From Patescibacteria group bacterium (GTDB taxonomy: Bacteria; Patescibacteriota; Patescibacteriia; UBA9570): a stretch of 64,000 bases of DNA. Below the pieces are notes generated by a model, which did no database searches, had not been told where the DNA came from, and saw nothing but the letters and a program-made list of their open reading frames with translations. Position 1 is the stretch's first letter. Every line of letters begins with the position of its first letter. The DNA is taken from contig JAJRVJ010000010.1 in the NCBI GenBank assembly GCA_024277435.1, positions 23,663-87,662 on the forward strand. Reading direction: 5' to 3'. The translations under genes and the position numbers were made by a program. Shown piece by piece: positions 23,011 through 34,001 of this stretch.

Positions 23011-23691
23011 CTAGTACTTCTCGATAATTTCTTGCTGCTGACGAACTTTAACGATAGAGTTCGCAGGAATCACTCCACGGATAACAGACCCCGGATAAAT
23101 GGTGGTCTGTTTTCCTATTATAGTTCCAGGATTCAATAATGCATTACTCCCCAACTCTACCTCATCACCAATAATCGCACCTAACTTTGTCATTCCCGTT
23201 GAATAACTATCATCGCCATGCTTCACGATAATTTCTGAACCATCGCTTTTTTGATTTGAAGTAGCTGCTCCACCACCAAAATGAGCTTTCCAACCGACTA
23301 AGCTATCTCCTATGTAGCTGAAGTGAGGTATGTGTGCTCCATTAAATATAAGAACATTTTTTATTTCAGTACTATTACCAATCACGCAATTATTCCCAAT
23401 TAACACATTGCCACGAATAAATGCACCCGGACGAAATTCACAATTCTCGCCAATAATAGCGGGTCCCACTATTACAACGTTCGGTCCAATCACAGTACCT
23501 TTGCCAATTTGCACATCACCCTCAATAACTACAGATTTATGAATGGTTACCCCGTTATTACCAGCACTTACGTGATCTGTACAATAACGTGAGATGCGTG
23601 GGACAACTTCCCATACCTGATTAATGTCATCAAAAATATCAGAAAATTGTGTTTCTTTTAGATTGAATAAATCTTCTGTAGTTGGAAACAT
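23011..23691 (-). CDS. left-handed beta-helix (hexapeptide) acyltransferase, GlmU C-terminal domain-like (putative glucosamine-1-P N-acetyltransferase)
   Basis: Hexapeptide repeats GDVQIGKGTVIGPNVVIVGPAIIGENCEF... HFSYIGDSLVGW...IGDEVELGSNALLNPGTIIGKQTTIYPGSVI aligns with the GlmU acetyltransferase domain. No uridylyltransferase domain present. Confidence 0.65.
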   Translation of the reverse strand: MFPTTEDLFNLKETQFSDIFDDINQVWEVVPRISRYCTDHVSAGNNGVTIHKSVVIEGDVQIGKGTVIGPNVVIVGPAIIGENCEFRPGAFIRGNVLIGNNCVIGNSTEIKNVLIFNGAHIPHFSYIGDSLVGWKAHFGGGAATSNQKSDGSEIIVKHGDDSYSTGMTKLGAIIGDEVELGSNALLNPGTIIGKQTTIYPGSVIRGVIPANSIVKVRQQQEIIEKY

Positions 23692-23696
23692 ATATT

Positions 23697-24641
23697 TTAT
23701 TTAAGTAACTTAACCTGCTCAATCTTTCCAGATAGTTTACTATAATCTGTATTCACCCGGTCAAGCGCGCCTTTTGCATTAGAAATATGTGTATTAAGCA
23801 CCCCTAGAGAATCTCCAAATTTTGTTGAATCTTTAGCAATCGCTTCAATTGTTTTTAAAATCTTGTTAGCCTGCTCCTCGATCCGCTTTCCTTGCATTCC
23901 CATCAAAATAACTCTAAGGAAATAGTAAAAACTATTAGGAGAAACCAACATTACTTTTTCCTCTATCGCTACCGAATTTAGATCTTCATCATCTCGAATC
24001 ACCTCATAATATACAGCCTCTGAAGGAATGTACATCACAGCAAAATTTACCGTACCTTCGTCTGGAAGAATATATTTTTTAGAAATGTCTTTAATATGTT
24101 TCTTTACATCTCTGCGGAATAATTTACGAAATTTCTCTTCCTCTTCGATAGAATCTGCTGTTACGAGTTTATCAAAATTTTCTAATGGGAATTTAGAATC
24201 GATTCCAATGAATCCATTGTCAGTTTTAAGGATAGCGTCTACCATTTCTCCTCCTTTAAACTTATATTGCATTTCAAAATATCCATGCGGAAAATGTTGA
24301 CTCAATAAATCCTGTAACACCTGCTCACCTATATTACCGCGCAATTTTGGTGACTTCAAAAAATTCTGCAAATCTCGCATCTGCGAACCCATTTCTTGAA
24401 CCTTCCCTAGCTCTGTACTTACCTGTGCAATTACTTTTGCGGCATTATCTAATCGGGTATTCATACCCTCCCCTACCTTATCTAAGCGCACTTGCATACC
24501 CTGAACATTTTGATTCAACATAGATAGTGCCTGAGAGTCGTTTTTCTGCTCTGTAAGCTGTTTTATACGCTTATCCAGAAGAACATACACAACAGCCAAG
24601 CCTGCCAGTAAAATAGCTGAAATTATAAGAATATCGATCAT
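23697..24641 (-). CDS. rmuC: DNA recombination protein RmuC
   Basis: N-terminal TM plus coiled coil. LRGNIGEQVLQDLL motif. C-terminal RmuC nuclease-like region. Confidence 0.8.
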   Translation of the reverse strand: MIDILIISAILLAGLAVVYVLLDKRIKQLTEQKNDSQALSMLNQNVQGMQVRLDKVGEGMNTRLDNAAKVIAQVSTELGKVQEMGSQMRDLQNFLKSPKLRGNIGEQVLQDLLSQHFPHGYFEMQYKFKGGEMVDAILKTDNGFIGIDSKFPLENFDKLVTADSIEEEEKFRKLFRRDVKKHIKDISKKYILPDEGTVNFAVMYIPSEAVYYEVIRDDEDLNSVAIEEKVMLVSPNSFYYFLRVILMGMQGKRIEEQANKILKTIEAIAKDSTKFGDSLGVLNTHISNAKGALDRVNTDYSKLSGKIEQVKLLK

Positions 24642-24653
24642 ATGTGGATAGTA

Positions 24654-25535
24654 TCAGGAAATCTTAAACAACTCAAATGCATTTTTTGTGGTCTGCTCAG
24701 CTAGTTCTTCAATCGTCATATTTAACTGTTTTGCCACAGATTCTGCAACGTGTTTTACATATGCAGGCTCATTACGCTTACCACGATGTGGTGCAGGTGT
24801 GAGATATGGCGCATCAGTTTCTAACACTAACCGATCTAATGGAGTTACCTGAAGAGCTTTTTGCACTTCCTTGGCATTATCAAACGTAACAATACCTGTG
24901 TAACCAATATGTAAGCCAAGCTCTACAAATTCTGGAATATATCTTGCGGTTCCTGTGTAGCAATGAACAACCCCACGCACCGATCCATTATATTTTTTGA
25001 GTAGCGTTAATAAATCATCAAATGCTTGCACTGTATCGTCAGTATGCTTCTCTGCGTCACGACAATGAATAACCACTGCTAAATTCAACTCTTGTGCAAG
25101 AGCTATGTGCTGACGTAATGTATCTACTTGTTGCACAATAAGTTGCTCTCGTAAATGCTGTAGGTTTGATCGTTCAAAGTGTAGATAGTCTAAACCACAC
25201 TCCCCGATAGCAATCACCTTATCCGATGATTGAGCAAGTTGTTTATATTTTTCGTAATCAAATTGTTCGGCCCGAGCTCGAATTTTTTGCGTCTTACCCT
25301 CAATTTCTTGCTCCTCTGTAACATTAGAAAACAAATGAATTGGATGAACTCCTACCGATGCCCAAACGCCAGCTTCAAACTCTTCAGCTATTTCTACTGA
25401 TCGTTGTGAGGACTCCCATTGTGAACCAACATTATTAATCAACACCCCAGCATCAAGAGCTCTCTGTAAAACCTCCTTATAATCTTTGGTAAACGGTTGA
25501 AAATTAACGTGTGTATGTGTATCGAATAACTGCAT
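24654..25535 (-). CDS. tatD: TatD family metal-dependent hydrolase/DNase
   Basis: MQLFDTHTHVNF. GECGLDY. TatD TIM-barrel motifs. Confidence 0.88.
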   Translation of the reverse strand: MQLFDTHTHVNFQPFTKDYKEVLQRALDAGVLINNVGSQWESSQRSVEIAEEFEAGVWASVGVHPIHLFSNVTEEQEIEGKTQKIRARAEQFDYEKYKQLAQSSDKVIAIGECGLDYLHFERSNLQHLREQLIVQQVDTLRQHIALAQELNLAVVIHCRDAEKHTDDTVQAFDDLLTLLKKYNGSVRGVVHCYTGTARYIPEFVELGLHIGYTGIVTFDNAKEVQKALQVTPLDRLVLETDAPYLTPAPHRGKRNEPAYVKHVAESVAKQLNMTIEELAEQTTKNAFELFKIS

Positions 25536-25536
25536 G

Positions 25537-26037
25537 TTATTCCAAAATTGTTGGTAAGTCCGATAGCTCAGATGGCAAAATCCATGAGATAGCTACGCTA
25601 ATAGCTATAAGTATTGCGGCTAGTCGTGATTCAACGATTGTTTGCGTTAGCACATCACTAATTTCTATACGCGATAGAAAAAATAATACAATAGATAAAA
25701 ATAATGTATTTGCAATTAAACTTACAATACCACCTAATAAACGGTTGGCAGTCTTTAAAAATGGAAACCAGGAAACTATTTTGAATACACGATTTGCAAT
25801 ATAGGCTACCAGCCCACTAAGTGCCGCAATTCCACCAAGTATAAGAATAAAGGCCAGGAGTTTACTTGATGGAAATCCACTAAATATAGTGGCAATTTCA
25901 TTATAGTATTCACCGGCAACGTAGATACCTACTAATACCCCAATCACCGTTCCAACCCAATACACCACACCAGTTCTAGCGCCTACAAGGAAGCCCATAA
26001 TCAGCCAAATAATAATTATCCAATCGAGAATATTCAT
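25537..26037 (-). CDS. CvpA family membrane protein
   Basis: 166 aa, 4 TM. N-terminus MNILDWIIIIWLIMGFLVGARTG is typical of CvpA. Confidence 0.6.
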   Translation of the reverse strand: MNILDWIIIIWLIMGFLVGARTGVVYWVGTVIGVLVGIYVAGEYYNEIATIFSGFPSSKLLAFILILGGIAALSGLVAYIANRVFKIVSWFPFLKTANRLLGGIVSLIANTLFLSIVLFFLSRIEISDVLTQTIVESRLAAILIAISVAISWILPSELSDLPTILE

Positions 26038-26049
26038 AATGTATGCATG

Positions 26050-27495
26050 TTAAAGAATGCGCGGAAATAGTGGCGGCATTTTATTAATTTTCTCTTTCTC
26101 GAAGTGCTCTAAAATAGCCTTTGAAGCTTTAGGCATAAATGGCTCGATAGCTAAGCCAATATCCCGAATCATTACAACGAGCTTACCTAGCACCTCTTCT
26201 AATTTATCCACATTACTCACGGCATGTAATTCCCATGGCTTTTCATCCTCAACAATCTTATTAGCCAATCGTACAATAACCCAGGCTTTTTCTAGTGCCT
26301 CATTAAAGCGATATTGACTGATCAATAATTGCACATCTTCTAGATCATATTCTTGCTCGTCACTATCCACTACCGGCACGACACCATCCGCATATCGTTC
26401 TACCATATTGGATACTCGGCTTACTAAATTGCCCAAATCATTTGCTAAATCTGAATTATAGCGATCCACAAACTTTTGTTCCGAATAATCACCATCGTTA
26501 GCTGCTGGTATTTCTCGTAGTAGAAAATATCTCACTGCATCACTACCATAGCTATGCACTAATTCAAATGGATCAATTACATTACCTAAGGACTTACTCA
26601 TTTTTTGACCCTCTACAGAAATATACCCATGGACAAAAATGGATTTAGGAATTGGTAATCCTGCGGATAATAACATTGCGGGCCAATAAATTGCATGAAA
26701 TCGTGAAATTCCTTTTCCAATCACATGGAGATCAGCCGGCCAATACTTATCGAATTTACGTGTATCATCCGAGCCATACCCTAGACCAGTAATATAATTA
26801 CTTAACGCATCAAACCACACGTACATCACCTGATTATCATCACCAGGAACTGATACTCCCCAATTTTTAGCACGCTCTTTGGAACGAGAGATTGAAAAAT
26901 CCTCCAATCCCATTTTAATGAACTGAGTAATTTCATTCTTTCTAAAATCAGGAGTAATTTTCAATTCACCAGACTCAATAAGATTAAGTAGAATATTTGC
27001 ATAATTAGATAACTTGAAAAAATAATTCTCCTCCTCAACAATTTCGGGAACCGTTAAATGCTCCGGGCACTCACCATTAACAAGATCTTTTTCTGTATAA
27101 AATGTTTCACAGCCAACACAGTAATGCCCTTTGTATGTTTTTTTATAAATATCCTCAGGTTTGCAGTTAGCCCATAATTGTTGAGCACCCTTATGATGAT
27201 GCTCTGATGAAGTGCGAATGAAATCATCTATGGAAATATCTAAATCTTTAGTGAGATCAAGAAAAATATCAGCATATTTATCACATAATTCTTGTGTAGA
27301 AACACCAGCGTCTTCAGCTGCTCGCACATTTTTTAAGCTATTCTCATCTACTCCGCTTAAAAAATAGGTATCATTTCCAATTAAACGATTATAGCGAGCA
27401 ATTACATCCGATTGTACAAATTCCAATGCATGCCCAATGTGAGGGGCGCCATTAACGTACGGAATTGCGGTTGTTAAATAAAACTTTGCGCTCAT
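26050..27495 (-). CDS. metG: methionine--tRNA ligase (short form)
   Basis: HIGH motif PYVNGAPHIGHA. Zinc knuckle CVGCETF...CPEH. KMSKS motif. Confidence 0.95.
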   Translation of the reverse strand: MSAKFYLTTAIPYVNGAPHIGHALEFVQSDVIARYNRLIGNDTYFLSGVDENSLKNVRAAEDAGVSTQELCDKYADIFLDLTKDLDISIDDFIRTSSEHHHKGAQQLWANCKPEDIYKKTYKGHYCVGCETFYTEKDLVNGECPEHLTVPEIVEEENYFFKLSNYANILLNLIESGELKITPDFRKNEITQFIKMGLEDFSISRSKERAKNWGVSVPGDDNQVMYVWFDALSNYITGLGYGSDDTRKFDKYWPADLHVIGKGISRFHAIYWPAMLLSAGLPIPKSIFVHGYISVEGQKMSKSLGNVIDPFELVHSYGSDAVRYFLLREIPAANDGDYSEQKFVDRYNSDLANDLGNLVSRVSNMVERYADGVVPVVDSDEQEYDLEDVQLLISQYRFNEALEKAWVIVRLANKIVEDEKPWELHAVSNVDKLEEVLGKLVVMIRDIGLAIEPFMPKASKAILEHFEKEKINKMPPLFPRIL

Positions 27496-27501
27496 ATTAC
27501 A

Positions 27502-28566
27502 TTATTCCTCTAAACGATTTTGTTCTTCTTTTCGTGCATCAATAAAGTCTTCAAGAAACACTCCGATGATGGTTACTAATGGCACTGCTAGCAACATACC
27601 AATGAGGCCTGCTAATTTCGCACCAATTAATAGAGCTACAATCACAACCACAGGATTAAGACCAACTGCTTTGCGCATTATGCGCGGTACTAATATTTGA
27701 TTTTCAATTTGTTGAATTGCAATAAATACAATAATAACCACAACGAATTTCCATGGCTGTGTAGTAAAATCCGTAAGTGCGAAAAATACAGCTGGCACAG
27801 CTGCTACAACGGGACCAATTATTGGGATGAATTCGGTTAGACCAGCCACTAATCCAAGTACTAAGGCGTATTTCACTCCTAGTAACCATAGTACAACCCC
27901 GGAAATAATGCCCACAAAAAACATCAAGATAATTTGTCCCCATAACCACGAACTTAGCTTGCGCTGAATTTGATTCAGTTTGCGATTCATATAGGGTTGA
28001 TAGTGCACCGGCGTGATTGAAGAAATGAATTTTTTAATACCATTTTCCTCAACGGTCATATAGAAAGCAATCATCATAATACCTACTACTGTAACGATTC
28101 CGCCAAATAGCGATACGATGGCATTATACAAACTTGATGAAATATTTGTGAGGCTTTCTACCGTAGTATCAAGCGCCTCTTGTAACGTCTGTAATACTCC
28201 AGCATCCTGACCTGTTTGTCGTACATTTTCTATTGCATCCTGAATTGGCTGGTAATATGCTGGGAAATTATTTGCGATACTAGATAATTCATTTGTTATC
28301 GGAGGAACCATCAATATAACAACTCCGGCGAGAATTGATAAAATAACTAAATAGATAGCCAAAATACCAATCCCGCGTGGCACATGATGACGCTCTAGCT
28401 TATCAATAAGTGGATCAAGAGCTGAAGCAAATACCCAAGCTACAAATACAATGGCGATAATGTCACGAATAGCCCATACAAAAAATATACCAAGTACAAC
28501 TAATAATACTTTAACGATTGTAAGGGATGAGATATTTACTTGAACTGGAGGTTGTGATCGAGACAT
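27502..28566 (-). CDS. AI-2E family transporter (UPF0118/PerM-like)
   Basis: 354 aa, 8 TM. Typical AI-2E topology and sequence. Confidence 0.8.
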   Translation of the reverse strand: MSRSQPPVQVNISSLTIVKVLLVVLGIFFVWAIRDIIAIVFVAWVFASALDPLIDKLERHHVPRGIGILAIYLVILSILAGVVILMVPPITNELSSIANNFPAYYQPIQDAIENVRQTGQDAGVLQTLQEALDTTVESLTNISSSLYNAIVSLFGGIVTVVGIMMIAFYMTVEENGIKKFISSITPVHYQPYMNRKLNQIQRKLSSWLWGQIILMFFVGIISGVVLWLLGVKYALVLGLVAGLTEFIPIIGPVVAAVPAVFFALTDFTTQPWKFVVVIIVFIAIQQIENQILVPRIMRKAVGLNPVVVIVALLIGAKLAGLIGMLLAVPLVTIIGVFLEDFIDARKEEQNRLEE

Positions 28567-28574
28567 GATTATTA

Positions 28575-29846
28575 TTACAGCTGAATCACTTTACCGATTT
28601 GTTGCGTTGATCGGTGCGGCCCTATCGACGCAATATTTATTCGCTGTTTTGTGAATATGCTACGAGCAATACGTTGCACGTCTTTACTAGTTACTTTATC
28701 AAAGGCTTTCATCTTTACAGTAGGAGATATTAGCTTGCCCGTCAAGACTGATTGCTTGCCATACCATGATGCCAATGAAGAAGAATTCTCCAGCTGCAAC
28801 AATAACTGACCTCTGATATATTCTTTTGCATTCGCTAGCTCTTCATCCGTTACTAACTCTTCTTTCATTTTACGTAACTCTTCCATAATCGCCTTTACCG
28901 CTGGGGTTAATCGTGTTTTATCTAAACCTGCTTGAATAGATAGCACTCCCGTATCTGTATAAGAGCTTACCGAACTACGAATTACATAGCACAATCCTTT
29001 TCGTTCCCGAATATTAATGAATAAGCGAGAGCTCATGTTACCACCAAGAATTGTTGAAAGTATTGATAAAACTGCCAGATCTTTGTGCTTATATGGCAAG
29101 GCTTCAAACCCTATGGATATTTGAGTTTGTTGCGTAGCTTTATACATATGCAAGAACTGCGGCTTCGTTTGATACGAAGTAAATTTTTTGTATTTCTTCG
29201 AAGTTGCTTTACCATTAGGTTGTTTCGCAAAATATTTTTGCACTAATCTATTGGCAGATGCATCTATCTTACCAGCTAACACTAAATGCATGTTACGTGA
29301 AGAATAGTGCTGACTTTTGTAATTCATAAATGACTTCCTAGACATATTCTTGATGTTCTTTTTATAACCAGCAATGTCACGACCAAGGGGATGGTTTTTT
29401 CTAAAAACAGACATCTCCATCAGCGTTTCAACATGCATCAATGGATTATCCTCATACATATTAATCTCTTCAAGAATCACTCCTCGCTCGCGTTGAATTT
29501 CCCCAGGATCAAACAATGAATGAAATAACATATCAGAAAATAAATCCAACGCTAATTCCAGGTGGTTAGCAGCAACTTTAATATAATACGCAGTGTGATC
29601 CTTTGAGGTGTACGCATTATATTCAGCGCCCACTCCATCAAGCGCTTTAGAAATATCCAACGTAGAAGGGCGTTTCTCCGTACCCTTAAACATGAGATGC
29701 TCTAGAAAATGTGAGATACCGCTATTACTTGCTGTTTCGTGACGTGAACCCACTGGAACCAGCAACATTACCGTTACTGCACCCGTGTCATGTTGCGGAA
29801 TTTTTACAACTGTTAATCCATTTTTAAGTTTTTTTTGTGTAACCAT
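28575..29846 (-). CDS. M16 family zinc peptidase (pitrilysin-like)
   Basis: Inverted zinc motif HFLEHLMFKG plus downstream Glu. About 420 aa. Confidence 0.85.
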   Translation of the reverse strand: MVTQKKLKNGLTVVKIPQHDTGAVTVMLLVPVGSRHETASNSGISHFLEHLMFKGTEKRPSTLDISKALDGVGAEYNAYTSKDHTAYYIKVAANHLELALDLFSDMLFHSLFDPGEIQRERGVILEEINMYEDNPLMHVETLMEMSVFRKNHPLGRDIAGYKKNIKNMSRKSFMNYKSQHYSSRNMHLVLAGKIDASANRLVQKYFAKQPNGKATSKKYKKFTSYQTKPQFLHMYKATQQTQISIGFEALPYKHKDLAVLSILSTILGGNMSSRLFINIRERKGLCYVIRSSVSSYTDTGVLSIQAGLDKTRLTPAVKAIMEELRKMKEELVTDEELANAKEYIRGQLLLQLENSSSLASWYGKQSVLTGKLISPTVKMKAFDKVTSKDVQRIARSIFTKQRINIASIGPHRSTQQIGKVIQL

Positions 29847-29847
29847 A

Positions 29848-31224
29848 TTATTGTAAGGTTTTTTCCAGATAATTAACTACATCATCAATAGCAATGCGCT
29901 CTTGTTTCATGCTATCGCGTTCACGTATTGTTACAGCATTATCTTTAAGTGATTCAAAATCTATTGTAATACAATACGGCGTACCAATTTCATCTTGTCG
30001 GCGATAACGTTTACCAATACTTTGTGTTTCATCATATTCTGTTCGATACTTACCACCTAATATTGTGTAAAGTTTCTTTGCTACATCTTGTAATTCCAGC
30101 TTTTTTTGTAATGGAAGAATAGCAACTTGATACGGCGCGATAATATGTGGTAGGCGCATCACTACGCGCGTATTATCGTTAACAGTCTCTTCATCGTAGG
30201 CACTTACGAGCACGGCTAACATTGTGCGGTCTACACCCATTGAAGGCTCTATAACATGGGGAATAAACTTATTCTTTGGGTCCTGCGGATCGGTATAGAC
30301 AAGTTTCTCGCCAGAATGTTCCTGATGTTGAGATAAATCATAATTCGTACGATAGGCTAACCCCCATAATTCATCCTTACCAAATGGAAATTCAAAATCA
30401 AAATCAATTGTACGTTTTGAATAATGTGCTAGATCATTTTCCGGAATATCATCAGCGTGTAATTTTTCAGTATCAATACCAATCTTCACTGCCCATTCCT
30501 GCATCCATTTCTGCCATTCTTCAAATTTAGTCTCCCACTCCCCTTCTTCTACAAAATATTCTATCTCCATTTGTTCAAATTCAAGTGTGCGAAAAATAAA
30601 GTTACCGGGCGTAATTTCATTTCGAAACGCCTTACCAATTTGCGCAATACCAAATGGTAAGCGCTGCCGGCTACTTTGTAATACATTGCGGAAATTTACA
30701 AAAATAGCTTGCGCAGTTTCTGGCCGCATATATACATCGGTTCCAGAATCTGACACTGGACCAATCTTCGTGCTAAACATTAAATTAAACTGCTTAGGTG
30801 GTGTTAGCTCATTCCCGTCTGGACTAAGAATGTTATTATCAACAATAAGTTTCGCCATGTCTTCAAGAGATTTTCCTGCCATGGTTGTATCTAAGGCTTT
30901 CTCTAATAAATGATCAGCTCGATAGCGCTTATGGGTAACAACATCCTCAACTAAAGGATCATGAAACGTAGTAACGTGCCCGGAAGCCTCCCATACTTTG
31001 GGATTCATTAAAATAGCTCCATCTAAGCCAACCATATCTGGGCGACGTTCTACCACGTCTTGCCACCAAAGTTTTTTGATATTCATGCGTAATTGTGCAC
31101 CTAGTGGACCATAATCCCAGGTATTGGCTAAACCTCCGTAAATCTCAGAACCAGGAAACACAAAACCGCGTTGCTTGGCTAATGAAATAATTTTATCCAT
31201 TAATTTTGGATCAGTAGTGCTCAT
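29848..31224 (-). CDS. glyQS: glycine--tRNA ligase, dimeric (alpha2, archaeal/eukaryote-like) type
   Basis: MSTTDPKLMDKIISLAKQRGFVFPGSEIYGGLANTWDYGPLG. Class II motifs. C-terminal anticodon-binding domain. Confidence 0.92.
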   Translation of the reverse strand: MSTTDPKLMDKIISLAKQRGFVFPGSEIYGGLANTWDYGPLGAQLRMNIKKLWWQDVVERRPDMVGLDGAILMNPKVWEASGHVTTFHDPLVEDVVTHKRYRADHLLEKALDTTMAGKSLEDMAKLIVDNNILSPDGNELTPPKQFNLMFSTKIGPVSDSGTDVYMRPETAQAIFVNFRNVLQSSRQRLPFGIAQIGKAFRNEITPGNFIFRTLEFEQMEIEYFVEEGEWETKFEEWQKWMQEWAVKIGIDTEKLHADDIPENDLAHYSKRTIDFDFEFPFGKDELWGLAYRTNYDLSQHQEHSGEKLVYTDPQDPKNKFIPHVIEPSMGVDRTMLAVLVSAYDEETVNDNTRVVMRLPHIIAPYQVAILPLQKKLELQDVAKKLYTILGGKYRTEYDETQSIGKRYRRQDEIGTPYCITIDFESLKDNAVTIRERDSMKQERIAIDDVVNYLEKTLQ

Positions 31225-31263
31225 AATAATAATTATAAATAGGAATAAACTGGTACCACGATA

Positions 31264-31950
31264 TTACGTGAAACGATAAGATGATTGACGATAAATTATT
31301 CCATAGGTATAGCCAGTAACGGCCATGCCGAATCCAGCTGTTAAAAAATATCCAATGAAAAATACAAACATACCAAATGATGCAATCATTCCTGCTAAAT
31401 AGGCAATTGCTATTCCTAAAATGATATGCGCGAAATTTGTTTTAATGTATGCCCATAGTACTTTTGGATTAGCAGCAGTTCGAACATCAGCTCCAGCGGC
31501 AATAGCTGTAAATATTGCCGGCTGAACAAACCATAGCACCAAACTATACACCATCGATAATCCATAACCCAGAAAAGCAACAAGCGGTATAACTAATGCC
31601 AGCGCATCGGCATTAGGATTAGCTTCAAGAGCAATAATAACGACAATAATAAGCACTCCAATAAATGACCAAAGAATTGCCATTGGCAACAGATATACCA
31701 AGTTAGCCAAAAACCCACGTACGCCGAGTTTCCAGAACTCTCCCCATTCACTCCAGTCTGGCAGCATTGTATCACCGGCAACACCCTTTTGAATACAGCG
31801 AATAATATATCCAATAGTAAACGGAATACCCACAATGAACATGCTTAATGCCATCAATGCCCCACCCTGCAAGCAAAGCCTACTGAACCATTTTGGGTCC
31901 TGGAATGGAAACTTGATGATTTCGTTGAATTCTACACTGGAAATAGACAT
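31264..31950 (-). CDS. polytopic membrane protein of unknown function
   Basis: Hydrophobic ORF. Start set at MSISSVEF (the ORF track extends to 32028, which would collide with rpmA). Confidence 0.45.
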   Translation of the reverse strand: MSISSVEFNEIIKFPFQDPKWFSRLCLQGGALMALSMFIVGIPFTIGYIIRCIQKGVAGDTMLPDWSEWGEFWKLGVRGFLANLVYLLPMAILWSFIGVLIIVVIIALEANPNADALALVIPLVAFLGYGLSMVYSLVLWFVQPAIFTAIAAGADVRTAANPKVLWAYIKTNFAHIILGIAIAYLAGMIASFGMFVFFIGYFLTAGFGMAVTGYTYGIIYRQSSYRFT

Positions 31951-32019
31951 AATCTTCAATAGTATACTGGTTTGAACGTGTCTTGACAAGCTTTCATAAG
32001 GGTGATAGAATTTTCCGGT

Positions 32020-32295
32020 ATGGCACACACAAAAGCAGGCGGCTCGACTAACCTGGGTCGCGATTCAAAATCCAAACGACTTGGTATTAAACGCTACGGA
32101 GGACAAACTGTTCAACCCGGTGACATTATTGTGCGACAACGTGGTACAAAATTTCATCCAGGGCAGAATGTACGACGCGGTGAAGATGATACCCTTTACT
32201 CGGTTTCTAACGGCACTATAGCTTTCACAACTAAAAAAGTGAGAAGTTTTACAGGAAAATTAGTCCGACGTAAATATGTAAATGTTGTAGCGTAA
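32020..32295 (+). CDS. rpmA: 50S ribosomal protein L27
   Basis: [48 protein letters not shown] is canonical L27. Confidence 0.93.
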   Translation: MAHTKAGGSTNLGRDSKSKRLGIKRYGGQTVQPGDIIVRQRGTKFHPGQNVRRGEDDTLYSVSNGTIAFTTKKVRSFTGKLVRRKYVNVVA

Positions 32296-32308
32296 AATCT
32301 CAACACTC

Positions 32309-32340
32309 AAAAAAACCCCTTGTTAGTAAGGGGTTTTTTG
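32309..32340. terminator. bidirectional rho-independent terminator between convergent rpmA and pyrG
   Basis: AAAAAACCCCTTgttagtAAGGGGTTTTTT. A perfect 7-bp GC-rich stem flanked by an A-run and a T-run. Confidence 0.8.
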
Positions 32341-33996
32341 TTATTTCGAATGCTTAATGCACGCTTTCATAAATTCTAGATACAGTGGATGTGGATCTAG
32401 TGGGCGTGATTTGAATTCTGGATGGAATTGCACACCCACAAACCATGGATGATCTTTATATTCAGCAATTTCTACAAGATCCTTATCTGGATTCACTCCT
32501 GAAAATACCACTCCGGCTTCTTCTAATTGCTTGCGATACTTATTGTTAAACTCATATCGATGCCGATGCCGTTCGGATATTATTTTTTTCTTATAGGCTT
32601 TAGCAGCTATGGTATTTGGAGAAATCTTACAGTCATATGCACCTAAACGCATGGTGCCACCAAATCTATTCTCGCGGATATTATCAGCCTGGAATGGATT
32701 CACCTCAATAATAGGATGTTTTGCCTTAGGGTCCATTTCTACTGTATTTGCACCCTCTAATTTTGCCTCATTTCGTGCAATTTCAATCATTGCCAATTGC
32801 ATACCATAACACAGACCTAGGTATGGGATATTATTTTTACGAATATACTGAATAGCAGAAATAATACCTTCAACACCACGAGTGCCAAATCCTCCAGGAA
32901 CAATTACCCCATCAAATTTCTTTAGCTCTTTTAGCTTACTTGGATTTTGCTCATATTCTTCTGAGTCAATCCATGTTAGTACTGGTTGACGATTCTGTGC
33001 CCACGCTGCGTGGCGAGCGGCTTCAATAACGGAAATATACGAATCCGATAAAGTGAATTCTCCTGTGCCAAAATATTTACCAAGTACAGCTATTTTTACC
33101 TCCTGTTTAGCTGATGTAATTCTCTTCACCATCTTATTCCACTCTTGCATGTTGGTTTTTCGTGGACTCAAGTTCAGTGACTTTAATATTTTATCGCCAA
33201 GTTTTTGCTTTTCAAATGCCTGCGGCACTTTGTAAATAACATCGATATCTGGTGCAGAAATTGCATTCTCCTCCGGTATCGCGCAAAAGGTAGATAGCTT
33301 TTTCTTACGCTTATTATCAAGCGGCTGCGCAGCACGAGCAACAATAAAATCTGCCTGTATACCAGCTGAATTCAATGTGCGGCATGCATTCTGCGTTGGC
33401 TTTGTTTTCATTTCACCAACTCGAGCTGGAATTGGTAAATAACTTACTAGCACAAATGCCACATCATCGGGATTCTTCGTATGCATCATACGAGCAGCCT
33501 CTAAGAACAAGATATTCTGATATTCCCCTACTGTTCCACCAATTTCAATGATGGTTACATCAGCATCAGCGTTACGTTGTGCCTTCTTGATGCGCTTAAT
33601 AATTTCCATTGGAATATGTGGCACCACCTCTACACAAGCACCATTGTATTCTAAATTACGCTCACGCTCAATTACTGTGTTATATACACGACCAGTGGTC
33701 ATATAATTCACAGAATTGATATCAGTATTTAGGAATCTCTCGTAGTTACCAATATCTTGATCTGTTTCATCCTTGTCTTCTGTAACAAATACTTCGCCAT
33801 GCTCAGTTGGATTCATTGTGCCTGCATCCAAATTAATGTATGGATCAGCCTTGATAGCAGTTACCTTTAGCCCCTTACCTATCAAAATTCTTCCAATACT
33901 AGCACTCGTAACGCCTTTGCCTACGCTAGACATCACTCCACCTACAACGAAGATGAATTTAGGATTATGCTTTGTATTTTTAGAACTTGCGGCCAT
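32341..33996 (-). CDS. pyrG: CTP synthase
   Basis: KFIFVVGGVMSSVGKGVTSASIGRIL. C-terminal GATase with GLCYGMQ. 551 aa. Confidence 0.95.
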   Translation of the reverse strand: MAASSKNTKHNPKFIFVVGGVMSSVGKGVTSASIGRILIGKGLKVTAIKADPYINLDAGTMNPTEHGEVFVTEDKDETDQDIGNYERFLNTDINSVNYMTTGRVYNTVIERERNLEYNGACVEVVPHIPMEIIKRIKKAQRNADADVTIIEIGGTVGEYQNILFLEAARMMHTKNPDDVAFVLVSYLPIPARVGEMKTKPTQNACRTLNSAGIQADFIVARAAQPLDNKRKKKLSTFCAIPEENAISAPDIDVIYKVPQAFEKQKLGDKILKSLNLSPRKTNMQEWNKMVKRITSAKQEVKIAVLGKYFGTGEFTLSDSYISVIEAARHAAWAQNRQPVLTWIDSEEYEQNPSKLKELKKFDGVIVPGGFGTRGVEGIISAIQYIRKNNIPYLGLCYGMQLAMIEIARNEAKLEGANTVEMDPKAKHPIIEVNPFQADNIRENRFGGTMRLGAYDCKISPNTIAAKAYKKKIISERHRHRYEFNNKYRKQLEEAGVVFSGVNPDKDLVEIAEYKDHPWFVGVQFHPEFKSRPLDPHPLYLEFMKACIKHSK

Positions 33997-34001
33997 GAGA
34001 A

